Notes: generated from the letters alone by a model not told the origin. A stretch of DNA of 64,000 bases from an uncultured SAR86 cluster bacterium (GCA_902531245.1 CACADH010000005.1:11732-75731); one strand, 5' to 3'. Positions 30,839 through 41,242 are shown, numbered from the stretch's first letter. Translations and numbers: made by a program.

Positions 30839-31809
30839 TTTTTCCAAGCGAGATAATTAACAGTAAATGTTGCTAAGAGTAAGCAAGCTGCAACTAGATT
30901 ATGCGCAATAGCAACATATAAAGGCAGAACATACACAACATTAATAATTCCTAGTGTGATCTGAGTTAATAATAATATTCCAAGAGTTGAAGCAAGAGGG
31001 GCTGCTTCTGAAAACCATAGCCTAGACATAAGTATCAAGAATATAAAAGTTACAAGAAGAGCTGATATTCTATGAGAGTAATGAATTGCAACTCGAGCAG
31101 GATTATCTAATAACCCATATAAGTAATTTGGGCCAACTTCTTGATTTAAATTAAACCCATTTTTAAAATCCATGTCGGGCAAATATGAGCCTTGGCATGT
31201 TGGAAAGTCAGCACATGCCAGAGAAGCATAATTAGTGCTAGTCCATACACCCAAAAAAATTTGGAATATTAAAACAGCTAAAGCAATGCCTGAAATTACT
31301 TTTAAATTAGAGATATTTATTTGATTAAATATTTCAAAATTACGGGATTTTAAATAAATAAAGTAAAGCAATAATAGAGTCGTGAAACCACCAAATAAAT
31401 GAATCGTAACAATTATTGGTAATAACTTTAAACTAACTGTTAAATATCCAAAAGTGCCTTGAAGACAAATAAAAATTAATAAAAAACAAGACCAGCCTTG
31501 AATAGATTTATCATTTGTCTTTCTAAATGATAGGTAAACTAAAAAAATTGCTAGAAGCCCTAGAGCAGCAGCAAAGTATCTATGAACAACTTCAGGTATT
31601 GCTTTATTTATATCATAAGGAAAGGTTGGATATCTGCTTTCAGCAATAGCAATTTCAGCTTCATTTATTGGGAAAACAACAAAACCATAACATCCTGGCC
31701 AATCTGGACAACCAAGACCGGCATCAACAAGACGAGTCCATGCCCCTAATGCAATTACAACAAATGCCATGCATATTCCAAATAGAGATAAGTTTTTAAT
31801 TTGGTTCAT
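30835..31809 (-). CDS. ctaA: haem A synthase (COX15/CtaA)
   Basis: 324 aa and polytopic, with GAWTRLVDAGLGCPDWPGCYG, conserved His-containing helices (HRYFA, HYSHR) and its position next to ctaB. Confidence 0.8.
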   Translation of the reverse strand: MNQIKNLSLFGICMAFVVIALGAWTRLVDAGLGCPDWPGCYGFVVFPINEAEIAIAESRYPTFPYDINKAIPEVVHRYFAAALGLLAIFLVYLSFRKTNDKSIQGWSCFLLIFICLQGTFGYLTVSLKLLPIIVTIHLFGGFTTLLLLYFIYLKSRNFEIFNQINISNLKVISGIALAVLIFQIFLGVWTSTNYASLACADFPTCQGSYLPDMDFKNGFNLNQEVGPNYLYGLLDNPARVAIHYSHRISALLVTFIFLILMSRLWFSEAAPLASTLGILLLTQITLGIINVVYVLPLYVAIAHNLVAACLLLATFTVNYLAWKK

Positions 31810-32360
31810 TAAATTAATACCTTTAAGTCTTTTAAAATTAATTTAGGGTCTGTGTCTGGTAAAAAATACATAACCGCCCTTCCATATGGATCTATCACAA
31901 AAATTGGATTCTCCGCATTAAAGTCCAGTAATGAGTTTCTTTGTAAGACATTTAACAACACTCCATTTTTGTCTTCAACAACCTCAATTCGTGGATACTG
32001 CAATTTGATATCCTTTAAATTAGGTTCGAGCAATTTATTTGAATAAAATAAAACTCGTTTTAATTTATTTATGTCTCTGTTTAAAGCAACGTTTAATTGT
32101 CTTGCTAAGTAAATCGATTGTTCGCTAGTTTCGATGTTTGTAACATATACAGACAAAACCCATTTTCCATCTTCAAAACTTATTAAATCTTGTTTTCCTT
32201 CACCATTTTTAAAGTCATTTAAATCGAAATAACTTTTAAAAAAAACTCCATTGTTTTTTGTTCCCTCTGGTGACATTCCTTTTAGAAAATAAAGAGTTGA
32301 AAATGTAACAACCAGTATTGGCGTAAGTAGTAATACCGCTAAAAAAAATTTATTTCTCAT
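31809..32360 (-). CDS. conserved hypothetical membrane-anchored protein of the cox assembly cluster
   Basis: ORF track gives 31809..32393. ATG 32360 (MRNKFFLAVLLL..) gives a signal-anchor start and only an 11-nt overlap with SURF1. The C-terminal FVIDPYGRAVMYF resembles a thioredoxin/SCO-like fold segment. Function is unknown. Confidence 0.45.
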   Translation of the reverse strand: MRNKFFLAVLLLTPILVVTFSTLYFLKGMSPEGTKNNGVFFKSYFDLNDFKNGEGKQDLISFEDGKWVLSVYVTNIETSEQSIYLARQLNVALNRDINKLKRVLFYSNKLLEPNLKDIKLQYPRIEVVEDKNGVLLNVLQRNSLLDFNAENPIFVIDPYGRAVMYFLPDTDPKLILKDLKVLI

Positions 32361-33051
32361 TTCTTTTGAATCCATACCAAATATACATGACACATAAAAC
32401 TATAAACATTAAAAACCATTGTGCAGAATAACCATAATGTTTTATTGGTGTCATATTTGTTGGGTTAATTTTAATATATTCAAGACTATTTCTGCTTGTT
32501 GGATCTGCTAATAGAATAAATGGATATATTAGATCACTATATTCTTTTGAAATTACTTCTAAATTTTTGGTTTGTGAAACTTTTGGCCATACATCTGTAA
32601 CAAGTTCATCTGAAAGGGTGAGACCTAGCTCAGGTGACTCTAAGATTCCACTAACTCTTTCATTTGAATTTATTAGATCAATATTTGGAAGGACTTCTAT
32701 GTTTCTATTTCTTGGTATCCAGCCCCTGTCGATAAGAATAATCTCATTAGTATTTATTAGTTTAAAGGGTGTTAAAACTTTGTATCCGGCAATGCCTTTT
32801 CTAATAACATTATCGATTAATAATTGATTAGAGCCGTCCCATGATCCTTCAACATAAACTCTGTCCCATTTTTTAGAATCTTTACTTATATATCCTGGGC
32901 TTTTAAGTGAATTTTTTTCAAACTCATCTAATAAGACTGTCTTTGCTTGCCCTCTATCAATCTGCCATAGTCCTAAAGAAAAAAATAATACGGCAAAAAA
33001 AACAAAAAATATTGTGATTTTTATTCCAGGATTAAATTTATTTTTTTTCAT
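32350..33051 (-). CDS. SURF1 family cytochrome oxidase biogenesis protein
   Basis: 233 aa with N- and C-terminal TM helices, the GLWQIDRGQAK motif (SURF1 LGxWQxxR) and IDRGWIP. Confidence 0.75.
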   Translation of the reverse strand: MKKNKFNPGIKITIFFVFFAVLFFSLGLWQIDRGQAKTVLLDEFEKNSLKSPGYISKDSKKWDRVYVEGSWDGSNQLLIDNVIRKGIAGYKVLTPFKLINTNEIILIDRGWIPRNRNIEVLPNIDLINSNERVSGILESPELGLTLSDELVTDVWPKVSQTKNLEVISKEYSDLIYPFILLADPTSRNSLEYIKINPTNMTPIKHYGYSAQWFLMFIVLCVMYIWYGFKRNEK

Positions 33052-33085
33052 ATCTATTGAAGTATATATGCTTTAAAATTTTAAT

Positions 33086-33304
33086 ATGATTACTACTTTA
33101 ATTTATATCGTTTTACCATTATTGCTTCTTTCTCTTGCTGGCGGTCTTTTCTTTTTGCTTGTTGATAAAGGCGATACTGGAAGAAAAAGAACGGTTTACT
33201 TGCTTGGCCTTAGAGTTTTCTTTGCTGCAGTTTTAATCATATTAATTGCTATAGGGCTTTACACTGGTGAACTTGGAAATAGTGTTCCCTGGGAAGCTTC
33301 GTAA
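33086..33304 (+). CDS. small two-TM protein (DUF2909-like) embedded in the cox cluster
   Basis: 72 aa with two hydrophobic helices separated by DKGDTGRKRTV. It is the only plus-strand gene inside the minus-strand cox cluster, as in Pseudomonas-type clusters. Confidence 0.4.
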   Translation: MITTLIYIVLPLLLLSLAGGLFFLLVDKGDTGRKRTVYLLGLRVFFAAVLIILIAIGLYTGELGNSVPWEAS

Positions 33305-34219
33305 TTAAAGAATATATACAAACAAAAAAAGCATAACCCATACAACATCAACAAAATGCCAATACCATGAGGCTGCCTCAAATCCAAAGTGGTCATGTTC
33401 TTCAAAATGGCCTGCAAAAACAGACCTGCCAAGCATAATTGCCAACATGAAACCTCCCATCATTACATGGAAGCCGTGAAAACCTGTTAACATGAAAAAA
33501 GTTGACCCATATATTCCAGAGTTTAACGTTAGACCATAATGAGCGTAAGCTTCGTAATATTCTGCAGCTTGTAATCCAACAAAAATTAAAGCTAAGAATA
33601 CTGTTATTCCTAAAAAAGTGTTAAATCTTTTCCTATTGCCTTTTTTTAGTCCGAGATGAGCTATGTGGACTGTTACAGATGAGCTTAAGAGCACAATCGT
33701 ATTCCAAAGAGGTAACCACTTTAGAGCATGGTCCCATCCTGGCCATGCCATACTCTTATCAGCCAAATCATACTCAGTTCCTTGATCTGGAGTTGTCATA
33801 ACAGGCCATGAAGACTCAAAAGCAGGCCATAGCTCAATAGCAGAAATATAAGCACCTTTTGAACCTTCACCTGCTAACCACGGAACGGCTAAGGTTCTTA
33901 CATAAAATAAAGCTCCAAAAAATGCAGCGAAAAACATGACTTCAGAAAAAATGAACCAAGCCATGCCATAAACATAAGATTGTTTTAATTGATTTGAATC
34001 TAAGCCTGCCAGGTGCTCTTTAATAACCTGTCTAAACCAAAAAAACATTGTTAAAAAAAGACATCCAAAACCAAAATACAATATGTAAACTGAGTTACTA
34101 GAAGGATCGTCTAAGTTATTTATTGTGCTAGAGGCACCCATTACGAGCAGAAATAAGGAGACCGCCATAAATATAGGAAACCTGCTTTGATCAGGTACGT
34201 AGTAACTTCCTCCACTCAT
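33305..34219 (-). CDS. coxC: cytochrome c oxidase subunit III
   Basis: 304 aa with FFAAFFGALFYVR, GFHGFHVMMG and YWHFVDVVW. Confidence 0.9.
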   Translation of the reverse strand: MSGGSYYVPDQSRFPIFMAVSLFLLVMGASSTINNLDDPSSNSVYILYFGFGCLFLTMFFWFRQVIKEHLAGLDSNQLKQSYVYGMAWFIFSEVMFFAAFFGALFYVRTLAVPWLAGEGSKGAYISAIELWPAFESSWPVMTTPDQGTEYDLADKSMAWPGWDHALKWLPLWNTIVLLSSSVTVHIAHLGLKKGNRKRFNTFLGITVFLALIFVGLQAAEYYEAYAHYGLTLNSGIYGSTFFMLTGFHGFHVMMGGFMLAIMLGRSVFAGHFEEHDHFGFEAASWYWHFVDVVWVMLFLFVYIL

Positions 34220-34226
34220 TTCCTGC

Positions 34227-34784
34227 TTACTCCGCTGCCATTTGGTGATGTGCTAAAACTTCATCATTATAGTCAGTAATATCAAAAATTGTGTATGACA
34301 AAATTATATTTTTTATGTTCGATGGAAGTTCATTTGAAACTAATAATTTAACCGGGAGAAGAGCTTCTTCACCAGGCATTAGTTCTTGTTGCTCGAAACA
34401 AAAACATTCTAGCTTTTTTAAATGTGCTGCAGCGTTTGATGGGGCAACACTTGGAACTGCCTGAGCAGTCATTTTTCTATTTGTTGTATTTTTTACATAG
34501 AAAGTAGCGCCATGGTATTTACCGGTTTCAATTTTCATCACTTGTTCTGAAGGTTTAAAAGTCCATGGCATATTTTCGTTATTAGTAGATATAAACTGAA
34601 TAGCAATAGTTCTTCCATCATCCGTGATCAGGTCTTCTGAATACTCTGATTGAAAAACTTTTCCGTTAATGCCAGTTACTTCACAAAAGACATCATACAA
34701 AGGCACAAGCGCAAAACCAAAAGCAAACATTAATGGAACAGCAACTACTAATTTAATTAATGTTTTCTTAGCATCTTTTTTCAT
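34227..34784 (-). CDS. ctaG: cytochrome c oxidase assembly protein CtaG/Cox11
   Basis: 185 aa with VPLYDVFCEVTGINGK and a CFCF copper-binding motif. Confidence 0.85.
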   Translation of the reverse strand: MKKDAKKTLIKLVVAVPLMFAFGFALVPLYDVFCEVTGINGKVFQSEYSEDLITDDGRTIAIQFISTNNENMPWTFKPSEQVMKIETGKYHGATFYVKNTTNRKMTAQAVPSVAPSNAAAHLKKLECFCFEQQELMPGEEALLPVKLLVSNELPSNIKNIILSYTIFDITDYNDEVLAHHQMAAE

Positions 34785-36367
34785 TAATCAACCTTCGGTG
34801 GTGTTGAGAAAGTGTGATAAGGAGCTGGAGAGGCTACTGTCCACTCAAGACCTTTTGCGCCTTCCCAAACTTGATCAGTTGCTTTTTTGCCACCCATCAC
34901 AGTTTTAATAACAATAAATAAAAACAGCAATTGTGAGAAACCAAATAAAAATGCTCCAACGCTCGAAACCATATTCCAATCAGCAAATATTAAAGAATAA
35001 TCAGGATATCTTCTTGGCATTCCTGCTAAGCCAATAAAGTGTTGAGGAAAAAAGGTTACATTAACTCCGATAAATGACAACCAAAAGTGTAGTTTTCCCA
35101 ATCTTTCGTCATACATATTGCCACACCATTTTGGAATCCAATAATAAACAGCAGCCATAATAGAGAATATTGCTCCTGGTACAAGAACATAATGAAAATG
35201 CGCAACAACAAAGTAAGTATCGTGATATTGAAAATCAGCCGGAACAATTGCAAGCATTAAGCCAGACAGTCCACCTATTGTGAAAAGAACAACAAAAGAA
35301 ATGGCAAATAACATGGGTGTTTCAAAGGTAAGTGAGCCTCTAAACATCGTTGCTACCCAATTAAAAACTTTTACACCTGTTGGAACAGCTATCAACATAG
35401 TTGCCCACATAAAGAATATTTCTGCAGCTAAAGGCAGTCCAACTGTAAACATATGATGTGCCCAAACTACAAAAGAGAGTATGGCAATTGAAAGCATTGC
35501 CCAGACCATTGATGAATATCCAAAGAGCTGTTTCCTAGAAAATGTTTCAATAATATGTGAAACAATACCAAAGGCGGGCAAAATCATTATATATACTTCT
35601 GGGTGACCAAAGAACCAAAATATATGCTGAAATAAAACTGGATCTCCACCCCCAGCAGCGTTGAAGAAACTTGTTCCAAAATGAATATCCATTAACATCA
35701 TTGTTACAGCACCAGCAAGAACTGGCATCACTGCAATTAATAAATATGCGGTAATTAGCCATGACCATACGAACAAAGGCATTTTCATTAAGTCTACGCC
35801 TGGTGCTCTCATATTCATAATAGTGACCACGACATTAATTGAGCCCATTATTGAAGATGCTCCCATTATGTGAACAGAAAATATAAAAAAAGTAACACTT
35901 GGAGGAGCATAAGTTGTTGAAAGCGGAGCATAAAACGTCCATCCAAAGTTTGGAGCTCCACCCTCCATAAATAATGATGATAATAAAATAAAGAATGCAA
36001 AAGGTAGTATCCAGAAGCTCAAATTATTCATTCTTGGTAAAGCCATATCGGGCGCTCCAATCATCATTGGTACTAACCAGTTTGCTAATCCAACAAAAGC
36101 AGGCATTACCCCTCCAAAAATCATTATCAATCCATGCAGCGTAATCATTTGGTTATAAAATTCAGGTTCAACTATTTGCATTCCAGGCTGGAAAAGCTCT
36201 GCTCTTATAACCATTGCCATTGCACCGCCAATTAAGAACATAGCAAAACTAAACCATAAATAAAGAGTTCCTATATCCTTATGATTTGTTGTATACAACC
36301 ATCTTGTTATGCCTTTAGCAGGCCCATGATGATGGTCGTCATGATGATTTTCTATTACTGCGCTCAT
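34784..36367 (-). CDS. coxA: cytochrome c oxidase subunit I (aa3 type)
   Basis: 527 aa with WFFGHPEVYI, HHMFTVG and HFHYVL haem/CuB ligand regions. Confidence 0.97.
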   Translation of the reverse strand: MSAVIENHHDDHHHGPAKGITRWLYTTNHKDIGTLYLWFSFAMFLIGGAMAMVIRAELFQPGMQIVEPEFYNQMITLHGLIMIFGGVMPAFVGLANWLVPMMIGAPDMALPRMNNLSFWILPFAFFILLSSLFMEGGAPNFGWTFYAPLSTTYAPPSVTFFIFSVHIMGASSIMGSINVVVTIMNMRAPGVDLMKMPLFVWSWLITAYLLIAVMPVLAGAVTMMLMDIHFGTSFFNAAGGGDPVLFQHIFWFFGHPEVYIMILPAFGIVSHIIETFSRKQLFGYSSMVWAMLSIAILSFVVWAHHMFTVGLPLAAEIFFMWATMLIAVPTGVKVFNWVATMFRGSLTFETPMLFAISFVVLFTIGGLSGLMLAIVPADFQYHDTYFVVAHFHYVLVPGAIFSIMAAVYYWIPKWCGNMYDERLGKLHFWLSFIGVNVTFFPQHFIGLAGMPRRYPDYSLIFADWNMVSSVGAFLFGFSQLLFLFIVIKTVMGGKKATDQVWEGAKGLEWTVASPAPYHTFSTPPKVD

Positions 36368-36381
36368 ACTATTTTCCTATC

Positions 36382-37530
36382 TTAAATCTTTGGTTCTTTA
36401 TAATCTACAATGTCTTTTGGAATTACTATTTCTCCATCCCCTTTTTCTGCATTACCCCATGATTGTCTTGTGTATGTAATCACTGCTGCCAATTCAACTT
36501 CTGATAGGTAACTAAAAGAATTCATAGCTGCGCCTTGAACTCCTTCCATTAGGATTTCAATATTCCTATCCTTATTATTCATAACAACATCGCTACCGGC
36601 TAAAGCAGGAAATATTCCTGTGATTCCTTCTCCTGAGGTTTGATGACATGCAACACAGTTAACTTGATAGATGCCTTCGCCTCGTTCCATTAATTCTCCG
36701 GTTGTCCATTCTTTGGTGGTTAACTCAGCAAGTTTTATTGATTCTTGTTTTTTACCATAGACCCAATCGTCATACTCAGATTGCTCAACTACTTTTACAA
36801 CAATAGGCATAAACCCATGATTTTTGCCACATAATTCGGTGCATTTACCTCTGTAGATTCCAGGCTTATCCACTATCGTCCATGCTGTATTTACAAATCC
36901 AGGTATGGCATCTTGCTTAATAGCAAATGCTGGCAACCACCATGAATGAATAACATCATTTGCTGTAATTAAGAATCTGACTTTTTTACCAGCAGGGATA
37001 ACAACCATTTCGTCAACTTCTTGTAAATAATTTTCACCTTTTGGAACTAGGTTGTAAATTTCATCGAGATCTGTGGAAAGATTAGAGAAAAAACTAACGT
37101 CATCTTCCAGGTAATTGTACTGCCATTTCCATTGATATCCTGTAACTTGAATATTTATATCTCCCGCTTCATCATCGTAAATCTTTACTAGTGTTTTAGA
37201 AGCTGGAACTGCCATCGCTATAAGAATAAGAAATGGTATTATGGTCCAAGCTATTTCAAGCTTGTGATTTTCATGAAATTTCGCAGGGACTGGATTTTTT
37301 TTCTTTGTATGTGCCCACATTGAATAAAACATTACGCCAAAAACAAGAACACCGATTACAACACATATCCAAAAAATTAACATATGTAATTCAAAAACTT
37401 CGTTACTAATATCGGTGCTTCCTCTAGTCATATTTAGAGCAAACCAATCAGCTTTAATTAGTGGTGAAGCAATAAAAAATAGAAATATAGATATATTCTT
37501 CTTAGATAGATTAAAAAATTTATAAATCAT
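36382..37530 (-). CDS. coxB: cytochrome c oxidase subunit II with C-terminal cytochrome c domain
   Basis: 382 aa with CuA site HSWWLPAF...CTELCGKNHGFM and a C-terminal CVACHQ haem c motif. Confidence 0.93.
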   Translation of the reverse strand: MIYKFFNLSKKNISIFLFFIASPLIKADWFALNMTRGSTDISNEVFELHMLIFWICVVIGVLVFGVMFYSMWAHTKKKNPVPAKFHENHKLEIAWTIIPFLILIAMAVPASKTLVKIYDDEAGDINIQVTGYQWKWQYNYLEDDVSFFSNLSTDLDEIYNLVPKGENYLQEVDEMVVIPAGKKVRFLITANDVIHSWWLPAFAIKQDAIPGFVNTAWTIVDKPGIYRGKCTELCGKNHGFMPIVVKVVEQSEYDDWVYGKKQESIKLAELTTKEWTTGELMERGEGIYQVNCVACHQTSGEGITGIFPALAGSDVVMNNKDRNIEILMEGVQGAAMNSFSYLSEVELAAVITYTRQSWGNAEKGDGEIVIPKDIVDYKEPKI

Positions 37531-37581
37531 TATCCGCCCAAAAGTAAGTGTGCCTTTTATAATAAAAAATAGTTATATTAC

Positions 37582-37610
37582 ATTATAAGCTATTTATATA
37601 AATACAACAA
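37582..37610 (-). promoter_or_regulatory. possible promoter of the cox operon
   Basis: On the minus strand there is TTGTTG (37610-37605), a 17-nt spacer and a perfect TATAAT (37587-37582), about 50 nt upstream of the coxB ATG. This is a sequence match only. Confidence 0.25.
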
Positions 37611-37668
37611 AGCAAAAATACACATTTTTTATGCTAGGTATGATATATGTTTGGAACTTTAATTTCTA

Positions 37669-37878
37669 TTAGTTTTTGCTTCTGTTTTTCTTGAAATCAT
37701 CTAAGTTAATAACCTTAATTTCTTCATTATCAAGAGTGTTTTTTTCTTTAGGTCTTTTTTCAACAAAATCGCATTTTACACAATATATTTCGTCATCAGA
37801 AGGATTCAATGCGATAGTGTCTTGAGATTTACAATTTGGACAAACTGCTCCTGCAATAAATTGAACAAATTTCTTCAT
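37669..37878 (-). CDS. yheV: YheV family putative zinc-ribbon protein
   Basis: 69 aa. FIAGAVCPNCKSQDTIAL...YCVKCDF has two CxxC pairs aligned with the YheV pattern. Confidence 0.6.
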   Translation of the reverse strand: MKKFVQFIAGAVCPNCKSQDTIALNPSDDEIYCVKCDFVEKRPKEKNTLDNEEIKVINLDDFKKNRSKN

Positions 37879-38690
37879 TCTCTTAGCTCTTCTAAATCTT
37901 TAATAACTTTTAAAGCTTCAGGAAAAACATTAAACCATTTTTCAAATGAATGTGCAGCCTGGTAAACCAACATGCCAGTTCCATCAAAAACATTATCTGA
38001 TGTTTCTTTTGCCCACTTACAAAAAGGAGTAACAGTTAAAGAGTAATTTAAGTCATAAAAATAAGTTTTTGAGTTTACAGGTAAGTCTTCTATTGGCTCA
38101 AAATTACCAGTCAATCCAGCCGAAGATCCATTTATCACCAAATCATATTTATCATCACCGCTAAGGCCATCTTTTATTGGGGCCATATTTGAAAATTTTC
38201 GTATTAACCTATTTGCCTTTTCTTGAGTTCTATTTATTAGAGAGATTTCTTTCGGGCTACTCTTTGCAACTCTATATAAAATGCTTTCTATTGCAGCTCC
38301 AGCACCAATTATTAAGATATTTTTATCTTCTAATTTAAAACCCTTGTTATCTATATCATTTATAAAGCCTATGCCGTCAGTGGAAGATAAAGAAAGTAAG
38401 TTTCCATCTTTATAAATAGTATTCACAGCATTGATGTATTTTGCTTCTCTAGAAATATTGCCTTCGATCTTTGCAGCTCTTTTCTTATGAGGCAATGTTA
38501 TATTCAACCCTTTGGCGAGTTTGTCAGAAAAAAACTCTATTATGAATTTATCAAAATCGACTTCTTTTACTCTATAAGGAAGATATTCAATATTAATGTT
38601 TTCATTTCTTGCAAACCTAGAATGTATAAAAGGAGATAGTGAGTGTTCTATTGGATCACCTAAAACTCCTAATCTATATTTTTTAGACAT
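37875..38690 (-). CDS. aroE: shikimate dehydrogenase
   Basis: 271 aa with GVLGDPIEHSLSPFIHS, NITLPHK and GAGAA nucleotide-binding motifs. Confidence 0.9.
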   Translation of the reverse strand: MSKKYRLGVLGDPIEHSLSPFIHSRFARNENINIEYLPYRVKEVDFDKFIIEFFSDKLAKGLNITLPHKKRAAKIEGNISREAKYINAVNTIYKDGNLLSLSSTDGIGFINDIDNKGFKLEDKNILIIGAGAAIESILYRVAKSSPKEISLINRTQEKANRLIRKFSNMAPIKDGLSGDDKYDLVINGSSAGLTGNFEPIEDLPVNSKTYFYDLNYSLTVTPFCKWAKETSDNVFDGTGMLVYQAAHSFEKWFNVFPEALKVIKDLEELRE

Positions 38691-39588
38691 TCCAATCTCT
38701 ATTAATGACTCTCAATAACTTTTTTTCTAGGTCTCTATATTTTGGGCTCTTTTTGTAAGACCATTTTACATGTGATGGCAAAGAAGCCAATATTGATTCA
38801 ATCCTTCCATTAGATTTTAGACCAAACGCTGTGCCTCTGTCATAGATTAGATTAAATTCAGCATATCTTCCCCTTCTAATGAGCTGGAATTCTTTTTCTT
38901 CTTTGGTAAATTTAATTGATTTTCTTTTGTTTAATATGCTTATATATGAATTGATATAAGAAGAAGCAACTGATTCAAGCATTTTTAAGCTGTTTTCGAG
39001 GCTCAAATCTGATAAATTGTCAAAAAATATCCCGCCAACACCCCTTCTTTCATTTCTATGCGGTATGAAAAAATATTCGTTGCAGTTTTCAGAGAACTGC
39101 TTATAAAAACTACTGCTAAATGGCTCTAATGAAGCTTTCGCTTCTTTGTGCCAATTAACGATATCTTTTTCAAAGGGTATATATGGTGTTAAATCATATC
39201 CTCCACCTATCCACCAGTTATCAATTTCGCCTTTTTTATCCAAAATAGCAAATAGACGAACATTCATATGGCTTGAAGGTATATTAGGGTTTTTTGGATG
39301 AGATATTACAGAAATGCCCATTGCATGATAACCGTTTTTAATAGTTTTCTTTAGAGAGCTTGGAAGAGCTGAAACTGGCAATTGATTTCCATATATTGAA
39401 GAAAAATTGACCGCACAATTATCAAACAAGATTCCGTTTGCAATAATAAAAGTTTTACCGCCTCCGCCTTCATCTCTTTTCCATGAGTCATAACTTATTT
39501 CTGAGTTTTTTGATGACTCTAAATTTTCAAATTCCTTACGTATTCGAGATTGAATATTCTTAAATGTATGTTCTAATTCTTTTATCAT
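38683..39588 (-). CDS. hemF: oxygen-dependent coproporphyrinogen III oxidase
   Basis: 301 aa with EGGGGKT, WWIGGGYDLTP, RRGVGGIFFD, RRGRYAEFNL and DRGTAFGL. Confidence 0.93.
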   Translation of the reverse strand: MIKELEHTFKNIQSRIRKEFENLESSKNSEISYDSWKRDEGGGGKTFIIANGILFDNCAVNFSSIYGNQLPVSALPSSLKKTIKNGYHAMGISVISHPKNPNIPSSHMNVRLFAILDKKGEIDNWWIGGGYDLTPYIPFEKDIVNWHKEAKASLEPFSSSFYKQFSENCNEYFFIPHRNERRGVGGIFFDNLSDLSLENSLKMLESVASSYINSYISILNKRKSIKFTKEEKEFQLIRRGRYAEFNLIYDRGTAFGLKSNGRIESILASLPSHVKWSYKKSPKYRDLEKKLLRVINRDWNV

Positions 39589-39589
39589 T

Positions 39590-40150
39590 CTATTCTCTAA
39601 TAATGGCTTTTGTTTCTAAATCAATTATCTTTGATGGTAAGGTGTTTTTACCAAGAGGCTCATCATAGTATGCCAATTCTTCATATTCAAAAAAATTAAT
39701 TATATCAATAGGATTATTAATATTTTTTTCTCCAGAGATATTTGCTGATGTGGAAACCATGAAACCTGAAAATGCTTTTATTAATGATCTTATAGGTAAG
39801 TGATTACTTACTCTTATAGCTATTTTTCCACTTTCATTATGTAAATGTATAGGCAGTTTATTATTATATTTAATTAAAAAAGTGTATGCACCTGGCCAGT
39901 ATTTCATCAGATAATTTTGATCATCTATATTAATTTTTTGCAAATACTTTTCAATTGCTTCTAGTGAATCTACTAATAAAATAAAGCTCTTATTTTTATG
40001 TCTTTTTTTTAATTTAAAAATTTTTTCAACAGCATCTTTATTAAAAGCATCACAACCTATTCCCCAAATTGATTCTGTAGGATGAATTAAAGTCTTTCCG
40101 GAATTAAGCCACTCTATAGCTGAGTCAAGATTTAATGAAATTTTATTCAA
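39590..40150 (-). CDS. tsaC: L-threonylcarbamoyladenylate synthase TsaC (YrdC/RimN)
   Basis: 186 aa with IHPTESIWGIGCDAFN and STSANISGE motifs. It is adjacent to aroE as in E. coli. Confidence 0.8.
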   Translation of the reverse strand: MNKISLNLDSAIEWLNSGKTLIHPTESIWGIGCDAFNKDAVEKIFKLKKRHKNKSFILLVDSLEAIEKYLQKINIDDQNYLMKYWPGAYTFLIKYNNKLPIHLHNESGKIAIRVSNHLPIRSLIKAFSGFMVSTSANISGEKNINNPIDIINFFEYEELAYYDEPLGKNTLPSKIIDLETKAIIRE

Positions 40151-40651
40151 TTATGAGTTAAGTTTTTTATCTTTATCTAAAACTTCTTTCCTCATATTTT
40201 CTTTGTACTCAAGTAATTTTTTAGCTAAGTCTTCATTTCCTGTTGCTAGAATTTGAACTGCTAGAATTGCGCTATTTTTAGCACCGCTTTTTCCTACAGC
40301 AACAGTAGCGACTGGAACGCCAGGTGGCATCATAGCCGTTGAGAGCAAAGAATCTATTCCACCCATACCTCCTGACTCAATTGGGATGCCAATAACAGGC
40401 TTTGTTGAGTGCGCTGCTACTGCTCCAGCAAGGTGGGCTGCCATGCCTGCTGCAGCAATAAATACTTTACAGCCATTTTTTTCGGAATCTGAGATCAATT
40501 TCATAACATCATGCGGAGTTCTATGTGCAGACATAACATTTTTAGTAAATTTAACTCCAAATGACTCTAAAATAGGGAAAATTGCCTCTACTACAGGCAA
40601 ATCTGAGTCAGAACCCATTATTATTGCTACTTGAACTGTTTCGTTTGTCAT
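40151..40651 (-). CDS. purE: N5-carboxyaminoimidazole ribonucleotide mutase
   Basis: 166 aa with IIMGSDSDLPV, SAHRTP and AGMAAHLAG. Confidence 0.93.
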   Translation of the reverse strand: MTNETVQVAIIMGSDSDLPVVEAIFPILESFGVKFTKNVMSAHRTPHDVMKLISDSEKNGCKVFIAAAGMAAHLAGAVAAHSTKPVIGIPIESGGMGGIDSLLSTAMMPPGVPVATVAVGKSGAKNSAILAVQILATGNEDLAKKLLEYKENMRKEVLDKDKKLNS

Positions 40652-40714
40652 TTTATATACTCTTAAATTGTTAACTGGATTATAATCTCGGAATTATAAT
40701 AAAAAATACCAAAA

Positions 40715-41224
40715 ATGGCTAAAAAATTGAAAATTTTAATATTCCCTGACCCTAGATTAAGAAAAGTTGCGAAAAAAGTAACAAAATTCGACAAAAGTCT
40801 AGAAAATCTAGCAAATGATATGCTAGAAACAATGTATATTGCTAATGGAATTGGTCTTGCTGCAACTCAAGTTGATCGTCATATTAGGCTAATTGTGATG
40901 GATTTATCAGAAGAACGAGATGATCCTAGAATTTTTATCAATCCAACCTTCAAAATACTTAAAAATCATAAATTATTTGAGTTTGAAGAGGGTTGTCTTT
41001 CAATTCCTGGCTTTAATGAAACCATTGCTCGTCCTGATAAAATAGAGCTGAAATGGCAAGATATTAAGGGCAATGAGCATATAGACAAGCCTGAGGGGCT
41101 ATTAACTGTATGTATTCAACACGAAATAGATCATTTAGATGGAAAATTAATGGTTGACTATATAAGCTCACTTAAAAGAGATCGAATAAGAAGTAAGCTT
41201 TTAAAAGAAAATAAACAAAAATAA
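40715..41224 (+). CDS. def: peptide deformylase
   Basis: 169 aa with GIGLAATQV, EGCLSIPG and QHEIDHLDG. Confidence 0.95.
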   Translation: MAKKLKILIFPDPRLRKVAKKVTKFDKSLENLANDMLETMYIANGIGLAATQVDRHIRLIVMDLSEERDDPRIFINPTFKILKNHKLFEFEEGCLSIPGFNETIARPDKIELKWQDIKGNEHIDKPEGLLTVCIQHEIDHLDGKLMVDYISSLKRDRIRSKLLKENKQK

Positions 41225-41242
41225 CGGTAATTAAAAGAATTT

